Source: Deltaproteobacteria bacterium
GTDB taxonomy: Bacteria; Bdellovibrionota; JACOXK01
DNA length: 64,000 bases
Direction of reading: 5' to 3'
NCBI GenBank assembly: GCA_016182335.1
Contig: JACOXK010000057.1
Span: 706 to 64,705, forward strand
Below, piece by piece: positions 29,137 to 39,878 of this stretch (its first letter is position 1; the number at the start of each line of letters is the position of its first letter). Made by a program: the position numbers and the translations under genes. The notes beneath the pieces were generated by a model that saw nothing but the letters and a program-made list of their open reading frames with translations, was not told the origin of the DNA and made no database searches.

Positions 29137-32100
29137 TGCCAAAGCGAACTGACATTCATAAAATTTTAATTATCGGATCTGGCCCCATCGTGATTGGTCA
29201 GGCCTGTGAGTTTGATTACTCTGGAACACAAGCCTGTAAAGCGCTTAAAAAAGAAGGTTTCGAAATTGTTCTTGTCAATTCGAACCCTGCAACCATTATG
29301 ACAGACCCGCAAGTGGCAGATAGAACTTATATTGAACCACTAAATATTTCGTTTCTTGAAAAAATTATTGAAAAAGAAAAACCAGATGCGCTTTTACCAA
29401 CATTGGGAGGTCAAACAGCGCTTAATTTAGCAAGAGCCCTTGCTAAAAGTTCATTTCTACAAAAACATGGAGTGTCACTTTTAGGGGCAAGTCTCTCTGC
29501 TATCGAAAAAGCGGAAGATAGAGAGCTCTTTAAAAAGGCCATGCAAGAAATTGGTCTTCAGGTACCCCATAGCTTTACTGTTAAGTCTCTGGCTGAGGCT
29601 TATCGTGCGTTAAATCATTTAAACTTTCCTCTCGTTATCAGGCCTTCTTACACGTTGGGAGGTATGGGTGGCAGTATTGTTTATAATTCACAGGAGTTTA
29701 GTGAATATCTTCAATGGGGATTTAATCAAAGTCCTGTTCACGAAGTTTTAGTAGAGGAATCAGTTTTAGGATGGAAAGAATTTGAGCTCGAAGTCATGCG
29801 CGATAAAGCAGACAATGTCATTATTGTTTGTTCTATTGAAAACTTTGATCCGATGGGTGTTCACACGGGGGATAGTATTACGATTGCACCCCAGCAAACG
29901 CTGTCGGACAAAGAATATCAAGTTTTAAGAGAGGCTGCTAAAAAAATTATACGAAAAATTGGTGTTGAAACGGGTGGATCTAACATTCAATTCGCTGTGC
30001 ATCCAGAAACAGGAAAAATGGTTGTGATTGAAATGAATCCCAGGGTTTCTAGAAGCTCTGCTTTGGCCTCTAAGGCTACAGGCTTTCCGATTGCTAAAAT
30101 CGCAGCTTTGTTAGCTGTGGGGTACACCCTGCCGGAAATTCAAAATGATATTACATTGAAAACGCCTGCGTGTTTTGAGCCTGTATTGGATTACGTAGTA
30201 ACTAAAATTCCTAGGTTTAATTTCGAAAAATTTCCTCTGACCCCACAAGTGCTGACGACTCAAATGAAATCAGTGGGAGAAGTGATGGCAATAGGGCGGA
30301 CATTTAAGGAATCACTTGGTAAGGCGCTTCAATCTTTGGAAGTAAGTGTTCCCTCTTTTTGCGACCTGTCCAAGAATCAGATTAAAGAGCAATTGAACAT
30401 TCCTAGTCATAAAAGAATTTGGCTTATCTATGAAGCGTTTCGAAAGGGGGTTTCAGTCGAAGAGGTAGCACATCTTTCAAAAATTGATCCCTGGTTTTTG
30501 TATCATGTTGAAGAATGTGTGGGGTTAGAAAATGTCATTGCCCATCACAAAATCTGTAGGGATTGGAAAGATATTTTTGCTCACTCAGACAGCGCTCCTC
30601 GGGAGCGACACTCAAGGTCTCTCCCTGCGGTGCGAACTCGCCGCAAAAACACTTCCCAATCCTTTTCAAATTTTGTTAGTCTTTTAAAACAAGCCAAGCA
30701 GTGGGGGTTTTCAGACGCTCATGTTGCAAAACTTTGTCATCAATCACCACAAGACATCGAAAGCTTAAGAATTTGCGAAAACATTCAGCCTGTTTATAAA
30801 GTTATTGATACATGCGCTGGAGAGTTTGAATCTTACACGCCTTACTTATACTCAACTTATGACGATGAAGACGAATCGAAAATAAGTTCAAAAGAGAAAG
30901 TTGTTATTATCGGAAGTGGTCCCAATAGAATTGGTCAGGGAATAGAATTTGATTATTGCTGTGTTCATGCAGTGATGGCATTGAAGGGCATGGGTTACGA
31001 AACGATTATGATCAATTGTAATCCAGAAACTGTGAGCACTGATTATGATACAGCGGATAAGCTTTATTTCGAGCCCTTAACGTTTGAGCATGTTCTTCCC
31101 ATTTTAAAGTTGGAAAATCCTTGTGGAGTTATTGTTCAATTAGGAGGGCAAACCCCTTTGAAACTAGCACAAGAAATTGAAAGGGCTGGATTTAAAATTT
31201 TGGGAACAACGGTGGCAACAATTATGTCTTGTGAAAATCGTGAGTTTTTTTCAAGTATTGTGGAAGAGCTAGGCTTGCGACAGCCTCAACATGAAACGGC
31301 GACTTCAAAAGAGCAAGCTTGCGATGCTGCAGAAAAACTTGCTTTTCCACTTGTGGTGAGGCCCTCTTTTGTTTTGGGCGGGCAATCGATGGAAATCATT
31401 TATGACATGGACAATATGAAACGATATTTGTCTGTCGCCTTTGAAGGGTCCTCTGACAATCCTCTTCTGCTTGATCGCTACATTGAAAATGCAACGGAGG
31501 TTGATGTTGATGTCCTGTGTGATGGAAAAGATGTTTATATTGCTGGGGTTTTAGAACACGTGGAAGAAGCGGGGGTTCACTCAGGTGATAGTAGTTGTTC
31601 GCTTCCCGGGTTTAGTCTTTCTGAAAGTAAAATTAAAAAATTGGAAGAACAAGCAACAGCCATTGCCAAAAAACTACAGATTTGCGGATTGATGAATATT
31701 CAGTTTGCTCTACTGAGTGATTCAATTTATGTCCTGGAAGTTAATCCCAGAGCTTCTCGTACGATTCCATTTATTGCCAAGGTGACAGGTCTTCCCCTTG
31801 TTAAAATAGCTACTGAACTGATGATGGGTAGACCATTGTCATTGCGAGGAGTTCCTTGGGCGACGCGGGAATCTATTCCTTTCTTTGCTGTTAAGCGCTC
31901 TGTATTTCCCTTTATAAAATATCCTCATGAAGACTGTATTTTAGGCCCTCAGATGAAATCTACAGGTGAAATCATGGCGATTGAAAAAAGTTTTCCAATG
32001 GCCTTTGCAAAGGCTGCACAGGCTGTTGATTCCCCACTTCCATCTGAAGGTGCGGTTTTTATAAGTGTTAAGAATGAGGATAAATCACAAGCGTTTGAAG

Positions 32101-32453
32101 TGGCAGCCGAACTTTTGAAATTAGGTTTTTCAATTACAGCAACCCGGGGTACGTGCGAGTATTTTAAGAGCAAAGGGTTACACAGTGTTGCTTCAATTAA
32201 TAAAGTTCTTGAAGGACGTCCTCATATTGTGGATGCGTTGAAAAGTCGGGCACTTCATTTAGTGATTAATACGACAAAAGGTGAGCAAGCTTTGAGGGAT
32301 TCATTTGATATTCGAAGATGTTCTTTGGAACTAAATATTCCTTATTTTACAACTATTTCAGCTGGACTGTGTGCCGTTCAAGCCATTCAGGCAATGAAGC
32401 AAAGAGATTTTGAGATATTTTGCCTGCAGGATCTGCATACCCTTACCTACTAA
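29136..32453 (+). CDS. carB: Carbamoyl-phosphate synthase large subunit
   Basis: [17 protein letters not shown], two ATP-grasp halves and an MGS domain. Confidence 0.98.
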   Translation: MPKRTDIHKILIIGSGPIVIGQACEFDYSGTQACKALKKEGFEIVLVNSNPATIMTDPQVADRTYIEPLNISFLEKIIEKEKPDALLPTLGGQTALNLARALAKSSFLQKHGVSLLGASLSAIEKAEDRELFKKAMQEIGLQVPHSFTVKSLAEAYRALNHLNFPLVIRPSYTLGGMGGSIVYNSQEFSEYLQWGFNQSPVHEVLVEESVLGWKEFELEVMRDKADNVIIVCSIENFDPMGVHTGDSITIAPQQTLSDKEYQVLREAAKKIIRKIGVETGGSNIQFAVHPETGKMVVIEMNPRVSRSSALASKATGFPIAKIAALLAVGYTLPEIQNDITLKTPACFEPVLDYVVTKIPRFNFEKFPLTPQVLTTQMKSVGEVMAIGRTFKESLGKALQSLEVSVPSFCDLSKNQIKEQLNIPSHKRIWLIYEAFRKGVSVEEVAHLSKIDPWFLYHVEECVGLENVIAHHKICRDWKDIFAHSDSAPRERHSRSLPAVRTRRKNTSQSFSNFVSLLKQAKQWGFSDAHVAKLCHQSPQDIESLRICENIQPVYKVIDTCAGEFESYTPYLYSTYDDEDESKISSKEKVVIIGSGPNRIGQGIEFDYCCVHAVMALKGMGYETIMINCNPETVSTDYDTADKLYFEPLTFEHVLPILKLENPCGVIVQLGGQTPLKLAQEIERAGFKILGTTVATIMSCENREFFSSIVEELGLRQPQHETATSKEQACDAAEKLAFPLVVRPSFVLGGQSMEIIYDMDNMKRYLSVAFEGSSDNPLLLDRYIENATEVDVDVLCDGKDVYIAGVLEHVEEAGVHSGDSSCSLPGFSLSESKIKKLEEQATAIAKKLQICGLMNIQFALLSDSIYVLEVNPRASRTIPFIAKVTGLPLVKIATELMMGRPLSLRGVPWATRESIPFFAVKRSVFPFIKYPHEDCILGPQMKSTGEIMAIEKSFPMAFAKAAQAVDSPLPSEGAVFISVKNEDKSQAFEVAAELLKLGFSITATRGTCEYFKSKGLHSVASINKVLEGRPHIVDALKSRALHLVINTTKGEQALRDSFDIRRCSLELNIPYFTTISAGLCAVQAIQAMKQRDFEIFCLQDLHTLTY
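30558..30664 (+). mobile_element. ~107-bp MITE-like element, in frame in carB
   Basis: Terminal IR gattggaaagatatttttgc / gcaaaaacacttcccaatc; two blocks (20 and 21 nt) are identical to the reverse complement of 45583-45673. Confidence 0.85.
31837..31874 (+). repeat. Family A element, in frame in carB ([12 protein letters not shown])
   Basis: tgtcattgcgaggagttccttgggcgacgcgggaatct. Confidence 0.8.
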
Positions 32454-32457
32454 GGGG

Positions 32458-32565
32458 GATATTGATTCTTGTTTATGGAGAAAAAACTCATTTTGTGACC
32501 TATGATTTTTTCAGAGAGAAAAGCAAGTAGAAAGGCAAAAATAAATCTTAATGGAACGACTATCA
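32458..32565. repeat. Diverged direct repeat of 33870-33978 (copy of the 3' end of gene 33878-34810)
   Basis: Manual alignment: 7 substitutions plus 1 indel over about 109 bp. Confidence 0.9.
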
Positions 32566-32648
32566 TACAAGAAATACTTGCTGTGCCATTTGCTTGAAGC
32601 TATATTTATTCTGTTTTGATTTCTTTAAAAGTGAAGAATTGGAAAGAA

Positions 32649-33317
32649 ATGAACGAGAATAAGAGTATAAGATCCATGCTGTGGTTCATCGTGTTTTTAT
32701 TCACTATGCTGTTAAATAACACAGCTCTGGGAAAAACTCCGAAGGAGTGTGTAGATTTATTTGATCGGAAAATCAAGCACTTAAAAGGAAAACCAGAATG
32801 CCTATCTTCTTGTCTCGCTGTAACAGTAGATATGGGGACTTTTCTTTGTACATCTACCAATTCTTATTGTCAGGAATATTGCACTCCATGCAAAGATCCT
32901 ATTCTTATTCATTTTGACGGGAAAAATCTCAAAATTATTCGAAATTGCTCCAAAGTTCTGGGTGCATGGAAAGCTGTATCTGGGGGAGCAAATGGAAGTG
33001 AAGTCATTTTTCCGTGGACTAAAATCCAAGGCGGGCCGGTACCGAAAGGCAGGTGCTTCATTAATCCGAAGGAAATAACCGAACCCTCACTTAAAAGACC
33101 TATTTTCTTTTTTAGTCAAGCATCATGGGGGAAATTTAGAGTTCCGTTACACCCGGAGAAAGAAATGAATGTCTTCGGAAGGGGTGGTTTTTTCATTCAT
33201 GGAGGTAGAGAGTATGGAAGCGCAGGCTGTATTGATCTTGATGATCACGAGCTACCCTTTTTTACTTGGCTCAAAAAACAGACTGGCATTATCCCAGTTG
33301 AGATCAAATATGAGTAG
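32649..33317 (+). CDS. Secreted Tlde1/DUF2778-like (L,D-transpeptidase fold) protein
   Basis: Signal peptide, Cys-rich N-terminal part, then AVSG..GPVPKG..GRGGFFIHGG..GSAGCI. Confidence 0.7.
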   Translation: MNENKSIRSMLWFIVFLFTMLLNNTALGKTPKECVDLFDRKIKHLKGKPECLSSCLAVTVDMGTFLCTSTNSYCQEYCTPCKDPILIHFDGKNLKIIRNCSKVLGAWKAVSGGANGSEVIFPWTKIQGGPVPKGRCFINPKEITEPSLKRPIFFFSQASWGKFRVPLHPEKEMNVFGRGGFFIHGGREYGSAGCIDLDDHELPFFTWLKKQTGIIPVEIKYE

Positions 33318-33843
33318 TTCATGGAAACTCTTAATCTTCTTTTTTTTTATGTCGCCATTGCCAATCACGACTATTTACGCAAAAGATCCTGCATTATTAA
33401 GTCCCAGTGAAGTACTCAGCCTTAAACCTGGTACAAAGGAATTAAAACAAAGGCTCATGTGGGAATATCCAAAACTGACTGATCCAAATGAACTTTATTC
33501 CGGAATGCTCGACGTTTTAAAATGGTATCCCAATGACCAAGAGTGGATTAACCTTTTTGGGAAACTACTTCGTGATAAGAAAAGAAGAATCTACGCCATG
33601 ATAGCTCTTGGCAAATATAAATCTCGAAAATATGAAAAACAAATTTATGCCATTTGTATTGATAAAGGGAAAGTAGTCTGGGAAGCATTTCAAAGTTTAT
33701 TTGAAATGAATTCTCCCTATCTGTTAAAAGCTGTGGAAAAGGCAAAAAGCCAGGCTTCAAATGAAACAAACATTAAAGAATCTAGAAAACTTCTCGAGAC
33801 TATTGAAAAGAAATATTATGAGCGCCAGAGGCGCCCAAAATGA
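33310..33843 (+). CDS. Secreted helical protein, possible immunity/partner
   Basis: ATG 33310 overlaps the upstream gene end; signal peptide; HEAT-like helices. Confidence 0.65.
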   Translation: MSSSWKLLIFFFFMSPLPITTIYAKDPALLSPSEVLSLKPGTKELKQRLMWEYPKLTDPNELYSGMLDVLKWYPNDQEWINLFGKLLRDKKRRIYAMIALGKYKSRKYEKQIYAICIDKGKVVWEAFQSLFEMNSPYLLKAVEKAKSQASNETNIKESRKLLETIEKKYYERQRRPK

Positions 33844-33877
33844 CAAAGCAGTTCTACTCCCGCTAAGCCGATATTGA

Positions 33878-34810
33878 TTACTGTTTATGGAGAAAAAACC
33901 TCATTTTGTCACCTATGATTTTTTCAGAGAGAAAAACAAGTAAAAAAGCAAAAATAAATCTTAATGGAACGACGATCAGAAAAGGAGCGCCTATCATCAT
34001 TACAAGAGCACTGTCCTCAATGTAGCTATGCGAAATACCCAGTAATAAATGGGAAAAAAGGATTTCTCTATGAGTGATTGCTCCTGAATGAGATTGCTCA
34101 ATGATGAGACCACCGCCATAGGCAAGACCAAGAGTCAATCCAATGACAACAGTGGGGATAGCGTGCGACCCAATTCCAAGAGGTTTTAAAACTGGATGAA
34201 GAAAACGGGTTAAATATTTTGTAAAACCTAAAAGTTCTAGAATATTGAGAACCCCAACAAGCAGGGTGATGATGAGAAAAATAAGAAATAGCTGCCATGC
34301 TTGGTGAAGCACCGTATTGAATAATGGAGATGAGACCCACAGGGCTTGTGAAACTTTCCAAGTAATAACGGTTGAGTCTTGAAATAACCCTAACTTTTTA
34401 AAAATGAGAGAGGCAAACATTCCAAAAAGAAATGAAGAAAAAATTCTAAAGAATAAAATGGGAAGTATCTTTAAACCTGATTTATGTGCAATTTTGATCT
34501 CAACGAGTAAATTGTGTGCCATAAGCATCATCGTTCCTAGAATGCCAACCTCAGCAGCATTGAGAGGCGCATGGCTCGCTATTGTTGCATAAGCTGTAAT
34601 ACCCCCGTAAATATTGGTAATCATTGCTGAAGCCAATACAATCCCCATGTCTCCAGAGAGCCCAACGATATTCATGAGAGGAGAAAGAAGATTTCCTAAT
34701 ATTTCTATGGCACCTATGCGTTTTAAAATCTCAATAATGAAAATAAGTGGAATAAGGATTTTATAGAGTGAAAAAGTAATACGCCAAGATTTGTGTAGCC
34801 AGAGTTTCAT
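33878..34810 (-). CDS. Nucleoside-recognition (Gate) domain membrane protein
   Basis: Multi-TM protein with AHNLLVE, GLTLGLAYGGGLI and SHSYIED motifs. Confidence 0.75.
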   Translation of the reverse strand: MKLWLHKSWRITFSLYKILIPLIFIIEILKRIGAIEILGNLLSPLMNIVGLSGDMGIVLASAMITNIYGGITAYATIASHAPLNAAEVGILGTMMLMAHNLLVEIKIAHKSGLKILPILFFRIFSSFLFGMFASLIFKKLGLFQDSTVITWKVSQALWVSSPLFNTVLHQAWQLFLIFLIITLLVGVLNILELLGFTKYLTRFLHPVLKPLGIGSHAIPTVVIGLTLGLAYGGGLIIEQSHSGAITHREILFSHLLLGISHSYIEDSALVMMIGAPFLIVVPLRFIFAFLLVFLSEKIIGDKMRFFLHKQ

Positions 34811-34812
34811 TA

Positions 34813-37800
34813 TTATATTTTTTCAAGTGACAGCTCAATTTTTTCACCATCAATTTCAAAAGTCTCAGTGTGTTGCAGCCCTGTTTTTTCAACGGCATTG
34901 ATAGAACGGGCAAGGACCTGGGACTGGATATAATTTTTATTTTTTTCAATGGCCTCTGCCAGACGGTTAGTACCTCTGTATTGAAGCTGAATGCGATCAT
35001 CCAGGTTCAAGTTTGCATTTTTTCTCATTTTTTGAATGCGACTGACAATCTCTCTGCTCTGCCCCTCAAGAATTTGTTCTTGATCGATAGTTGGATCTAA
35101 ATCAATAGTAATAAATTGATTAGAAGAAGACATTTCATGTCCTTTTTGTTGTTGTCTTTGAATCTGAATATCGTTTGATGATATTTTTTCGCCAGAAATA
35201 GTGAGAACCTCTCCAGCTTCTAATTTCAAAATATCTTCGTGTGAAAGGGTTGAGAGAGACTTGATGATGTTCTTCATTTTTGAGCCGAATCTGGGGCCTA
35301 AGATTTTGTGATTGGGGGTAGCCTGAAGTTTGATAAACATCGATTCATGTGAGTCGTAGACGATAGTTTTAACATTTAATTCTTCTCTGATAGCTTCTTC
35401 AAGTTCTGAATACCTCTGTGAAAAGAGCTTTAATACACTTGGGTCTCTATGAATAATCGTTAAGCTTTTCAATGGAATTTTAATTTTAGCTCCAATTTTT
35501 TCTCTGAGATTGCGTCCCATGACTAAAATATTTTGCATGCGTGCTATGGTATTTTCTAAATCTAAATCAATAAGATCAGTTTTTCTCTGCGGCACAAAAT
35601 CTAAGTGGACACTAGTTTTTTTCTCACTCGCTGCAATCCAAAGTTGTTGGTAAATTCTTTCACTGAGGAAAGGCGTAAATGGAGCCATAATTTTTGTAAA
35701 TTGAAGAAGTACTTCATACAAAGTTTCAAAAGCACATTTTTTATCTTCAGAGGCTTCTTCAGACCAAAATCTTTTGCGATTAATTCTTATATAAGTGTTT
35801 GTAAGTTCTTCAATAAAATCCAGAAGAATAGGTACGACATTATAAACATGGTATTTTTCCATTTCCTCTTGATAACGCTGAATGAGAGTTTGAAGACGAG
35901 ACAAGATCCAGCGATCAAAGATATTTAATACCCTCTCCCCTTGAGGCAGTGGGCTAGGGTGAGGGGTGAACTTCTCTATCTGTGCATAACTCATGAAAAA
36001 AGAATAACTATTCCACCACTTGAGCAGTACCCTTCGGACAACATCCTCAACTCCTTTTTCGCTGAATCGAAACTCTTCAGCACGTACTGCTGGTGAGTTA
36101 ATCAGGTAAAGTCTCAAGGCATCAGCTCCGTATTTTTCTAATACCAGAGAAGGATCTGGGTAGTTTTTCAGACGTTTGCTCATCTTCTTGCCATCTTCAG
36201 CAAGAAGAAGGCCGTTCACAATGACGTTTTTGAAGGGAGATTTTTTAAAGAGAATACTTCCAAGAACGGAAAGCGTATAAAACCAGCCACGCGTTTGATC
36301 GAGTCCTTCAGCGATAAAGTCAGCAGGAAAGTTTTTTTCAAAATCTTTTTTATTTTCAAAAGGATAGTGCGCTTGGGCATAGGGCATGGAGCCGCTTTCA
36401 AACCAACAATCAAGAACCTCAGAGACTCTTTTATAAACACCTTTTTCTCCATTGATGGAGAAAGAAGCTGTATCGATAAAGTGTCTATGAATGTCAGAAA
36501 ACTTTCTTTGGGTGCGTTTTTCAAGTTCTTCGAGAGACCCAATGCAGATGGTTTTTCCTGATACTTCATTTTTCCACACAGGTATGGGACAACCCCAATA
36601 GCGGTTTCTAGAAATGGCCCAGTCTCTAGCGCCTTCCAACCACTTTCCAAAACGTCCTAATTTAAGATGCTCTGGAACCCAATTTGTTTTTCCATTGCAT
36701 TCAATAAGTAGCTTTTTTATTTCTTCAACTTTAATAAACCAAGAACAAATAGCTCGATAGATAAGGGGTGTTTCTGATCTCCAGCAAAAAGGATAGCTAT
36801 GTTGAATGGTTTCTTGACGGAGGAGCAGGCCTCTTTCCTTCAATATCTGAATAATGCTTTTATCAGTATCTTTAACATACATTCCCTTGTAATGAAAAAC
36901 CTCTTGAGTAAATTTGCCATCGTCATCGATGGGGCACACAATGGGGATGTTATTCTTCTGACATACCTGAAAATCATCCTCACCAAAACCGGGCGCCATG
37001 TGTACGATGCCCGTTCCATCTTCCATAGTGACAAACTCAGCTGAAAGAATTGCAAATGCATTTTCAGTTTTTACAAAATAAGGGAAAAGGGGTTTGTATC
37101 CCCTCCCTACTAGTTTTTTTCCAGGGAATTTTTCTTTGATTTCAAAGAGATCTGAATCTGGATAGTAAATAGAAAGCCGCTTATGTGCCAAAATAAAATT
37201 TTTAGAGAGTTTTTTATCATAAATTTCAATGTATTCTTCTTCAGGGTGAACAGTTAACGCTAGATTGCTAGGAAGTGTCCAGGGTGTTGTCGTCCAAGCC
37301 AAGAAGAAAGTATTATCCTGTTCAACACTTTCGAACAGAACAGTTAATGAGGGACTTTGAATTTCTTTATAATTCAAATTTGCTTCAAAATTAGAAAGTG
37401 GGGTTGTACAGGCTGTTGAATAAGGCATTACTTTATAACCTTCATAAATCAGCCCTTGGTTCCAAATTGATTTAAAAACCCACCATACGGATTCCATATA
37501 TTTCAAATCCATTGTTTTGTAGGAGTTATTAAAGTTGACCCATCGGCCTATTCGACGAATTGTTTTTTCCCACTCTTGCGTATATTTCAACACAATGCTT
37601 CGGCAGGATTCGTTGTATTTATCGATACCAAAGTCTTCGATAGCTTTGCGACTTTCTAATCCCAGAGATTTATCGATTTCATGTTCCACTGGTAAGCCAT
37701 GACAGTCCCACCCAAAGCGCCTTTCAACTCGATAGCCTTTCATGGTCCAGTAACGAGGTATAACGTCTTTTAAAATGTTTGGAATAAAATGACCGTAATG

Positions 37801-37962
37801 GGGAAGACCCGTGGCAAATGGAGGACCGTCAAAAAAAACAAACTGTTGAGAAGTAGGACGCTCTTCAACGCTTTTTTCAAAAATGTGTTCTTTGTCCCAA
37901 AAATCAAGTATTTCGTGTTCGGCTTTCGGGAAGTCTATGGATGGGGCGAATTTATCTATCAT
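34813..37962 (-). CDS. ileS: Isoleucine-tRNA ligase, type 2 (eukaryote/archaea-like)
   Basis: DGPPFATGLPHYGH, WTTTPWTLPSN, EGLDQTRGWF and KMSKR; long C-terminal domain without a Zn finger. Confidence 0.96.
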   Translation of the reverse strand: MIDKFAPSIDFPKAEHEILDFWDKEHIFEKSVEERPTSQQFVFFDGPPFATGLPHYGHFIPNILKDVIPRYWTMKGYRVERRFGWDCHGLPVEHEIDKSLGLESRKAIEDFGIDKYNESCRSIVLKYTQEWEKTIRRIGRWVNFNNSYKTMDLKYMESVWWVFKSIWNQGLIYEGYKVMPYSTACTTPLSNFEANLNYKEIQSPSLTVLFESVEQDNTFFLAWTTTPWTLPSNLALTVHPEEEYIEIYDKKLSKNFILAHKRLSIYYPDSDLFEIKEKFPGKKLVGRGYKPLFPYFVKTENAFAILSAEFVTMEDGTGIVHMAPGFGEDDFQVCQKNNIPIVCPIDDDGKFTQEVFHYKGMYVKDTDKSIIQILKERGLLLRQETIQHSYPFCWRSETPLIYRAICSWFIKVEEIKKLLIECNGKTNWVPEHLKLGRFGKWLEGARDWAISRNRYWGCPIPVWKNEVSGKTICIGSLEELEKRTQRKFSDIHRHFIDTASFSINGEKGVYKRVSEVLDCWFESGSMPYAQAHYPFENKKDFEKNFPADFIAEGLDQTRGWFYTLSVLGSILFKKSPFKNVIVNGLLLAEDGKKMSKRLKNYPDPSLVLEKYGADALRLYLINSPAVRAEEFRFSEKGVEDVVRRVLLKWWNSYSFFMSYAQIEKFTPHPSPLPQGERVLNIFDRWILSRLQTLIQRYQEEMEKYHVYNVVPILLDFIEELTNTYIRINRKRFWSEEASEDKKCAFETLYEVLLQFTKIMAPFTPFLSERIYQQLWIAASEKKTSVHLDFVPQRKTDLIDLDLENTIARMQNILVMGRNLREKIGAKIKIPLKSLTIIHRDPSVLKLFSQRYSELEEAIREELNVKTIVYDSHESMFIKLQATPNHKILGPRFGSKMKNIIKSLSTLSHEDILKLEAGEVLTISGEKISSNDIQIQRQQQKGHEMSSSNQFITIDLDPTIDQEQILEGQSREIVSRIQKMRKNANLNLDDRIQLQYRGTNRLAEAIEKNKNYIQSQVLARSINAVEKTGLQHTETFEIDGEKIELSLEKI
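35930..35966 (-). repeat. Family D element, in frame in ileS (PHPSPLPQGERV)
   Basis: Gene sense cccctcaccctagcccactgcctcaaggggagagggt. Confidence 0.8.
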
Positions 37963-38031
37963 GAATAGTGTCGAGACCTAACAGGCACAGATCTTGTTGT
38001 CATCTTATAGAAAGAATGTAAGATAAAAGAT

Positions 38032-38526
38032 ATGAGAATTCAATACCTTATCCTATTAACACTGTCTGGCTTCGTTGTAGCACTTGATCAAGTAACAAAA
38101 CTTTATGTTTCATCTCATTATCTACTTGGACAGACATTAGTTATCCTTGAGAACGTACTTCATGTAACTTACAGCAAGAATGTTGCTGGGATGTTTGATA
38201 TGTTTCAAAGTGTTTCTGAAGGGATACGTCTTTTTTTCTTTCTTCTGATTCCAGCCATAGCAATTGTCTTTATTTTAGGTGTGGTTATTAAGTATAAAAA
38301 TCTAGCTCTTGGATCAACGATTGGTTTTTCTCTCATTGTAGGTGGTGCTTTGGGAAATATGTTAGATCGAATTCGATTTCAATCGGTGATTGGTTTTCTT
38401 GATTTTGCATTTTTACCAAAAAGACATCCTATGAATGTGGCTGATTTCTTCCTTCTTTTGGGAGGAGCCATTTTGTTTGTTTGTATTGTGCGATCAAAAT
38501 TTTTAGCACAAGATAAAATCTTATGA
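38032..38526 (+). CDS. Lipoprotein signal peptidase paralog (degenerate)
   Basis: DQVTK, GALGNMLDR and NVAD present, but VIGF replaces VxDF. Confidence 0.8.
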   Translation: MRIQYLILLTLSGFVVALDQVTKLYVSSHYLLGQTLVILENVLHVTYSKNVAGMFDMFQSVSEGIRLFFFLLIPAIAIVFILGVVIKYKNLALGSTIGFSLIVGGALGNMLDRIRFQSVIGFLDFAFLPKRHPMNVADFFLLLGGAILFVCIVRSKFLAQDKIL

Positions 38527-39029
38527 AAAAAACATATTTTCTTATACCGTGGGTTTCTTTTTGGGTGGTTTTAGATCAAGTTACCAAGTATTTGATTAGC
38601 GTTAAACTAGAGTTACACGAATCTCTCGCTCTCATTCCGGGTTTTTTAAGTTTTACATTTATTTATAATGAGGGTGGAGCTTTTGGTTTTCTATCAGGGC
38701 AATCTGAAGTGTTAAGAAATCTTATTTTTGTACTCATTCCTATTTTCGTTATTGGACTGATTGTTTACCTGTGCATCAAAGCACCTTCCCACCAAAAGTT
38801 GCATATTGTAAGTCTTGGACTTGTTTTGGCTGGGGCTTTTGGGAATATGATTGATCGTTTATGGTTAGGAAAGGTTCGGGATTTCATTGATTTTGACTTA
38901 AGTTTTATCCTTGGTTTTTTCTACCATTGGCCTGCTTTCAATGTTGCAGATTCGACGATCTGTGTTGGGGTTTTTCTCTTGGCGTATCACATGCTTTTTC
39001 TTGATAAGAAAGACTCTGCATCCTTATGA
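38523..39029 (+). CDS. lspA: Lipoprotein signal peptidase II
   Basis: NEGGAFG, GNMIDR, VRDFID and WPAFNVAD motifs. Confidence 0.95.
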   Translation: MKKTYFLIPWVSFWVVLDQVTKYLISVKLELHESLALIPGFLSFTFIYNEGGAFGFLSGQSEVLRNLIFVLIPIFVIGLIVYLCIKAPSHQKLHIVSLGLVLAGAFGNMIDRLWLGKVRDFIDFDLSFILGFFYHWPAFNVADSTICVGVFLLAYHMLFLDKKDSASL

Positions 39030-39823
39030 TTCCAGTTTTGTTTAAAATCCCTCTTCCTTTTTTAAATCAACCGTTTGAAGTAAGAGCCTATGGGGTTCTC
39101 ATAGCCCTTGGTTTTCTATTGATATTGCCATTAGCTATTCGTCAGGCGCGCAAAGAGGGAATTTCTTCAAATACAATTATCGATGTTGGTTTTTGGGGGC
39201 TTTTAATGGGCCTCATTGGTGCCAGGGTTCTTTACATTGTAACGGAATGGGAAGCTTATAAAGCAGATCTGGTTTCAATTTTTTACCTTTGGGAAGGTGG
39301 GCTTGTATTTTACGGAGGGTTACTTGCTGGTTGTGCAACCCTTATTTTTTACGCAAAGAAGAAACACATACCTTTAGGAAAACTCTTAGATGTAGGTGCT
39401 CCCGCAGTTGCTTTTGTGCACTTCTTTGGTCGACTTGGTTGCTTAGCAGCAGGTTGTTGTTTTGGTAAGCCAACACAACTTCCATGGGGGATATTTTTTA
39501 AAAATCCGGAGGCCTTTGCACGGCCTTTAAACACCCCTCTTCATCCTACACAGATATATGAAATGGGAGGGCTTCTTTTTTTGTTTGTATTTCTCTATTT
39601 TGTATTAAGCAAATATAAGAAATTTGATGGGCAGCTGGCCTTGTCGTATTTGATTCTTTATTCCGTGTTTCGTTTTGTGGTAGAGTTTTTCAGAGGGGAT
39701 GATATTCGAGGGTTTGTCATACCCAATCTTATTTCCACTTCTCAGTTTGTGAGTCTTGTAATTTTTCTTGTAACTGTACCCGTCTTTATTTATTTTTATA
39801 AGAAGGCCAAAATTAAGCGATAG
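39026..39823 (+). CDS. lgt: Prolipoprotein diacylglyceryl transferase
   Basis: GGLVFYGG, GRLGC, HPTQIYE and RFVVEFFRGD motifs. Confidence 0.95.
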   Translation: MIPVLFKIPLPFLNQPFEVRAYGVLIALGFLLILPLAIRQARKEGISSNTIIDVGFWGLLMGLIGARVLYIVTEWEAYKADLVSIFYLWEGGLVFYGGLLAGCATLIFYAKKKHIPLGKLLDVGAPAVAFVHFFGRLGCLAAGCCFGKPTQLPWGIFFKNPEAFARPLNTPLHPTQIYEMGGLLFLFVFLYFVLSKYKKFDGQLALSYLILYSVFRFVVEFFRGDDIRGFVIPNLISTSQFVSLVIFLVTVPVFIYFYKKAKIKR

Positions 39824-39838
39824 GAAAAAGCCCTCTTC

Positions 39839-39878
39839 TTGACTATACTCCGAAAATTGACGACAATATCGGAGTATG
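39839..39878 (+). promoter_or_regulatory. Promoter with overlapping inverted repeat, near-leaderless
   Basis: TTGACT-17-GACAAT-8-ATG; IR atactccga (39845-53) / tcggagtat (39869-77). Confidence 0.5.

Noticed and set aside
32458..33978. DGR template/variable repeat pair
   Set aside because: The differences include non-adenine changes and an indel, and there is no reverse transcriptase in the window.
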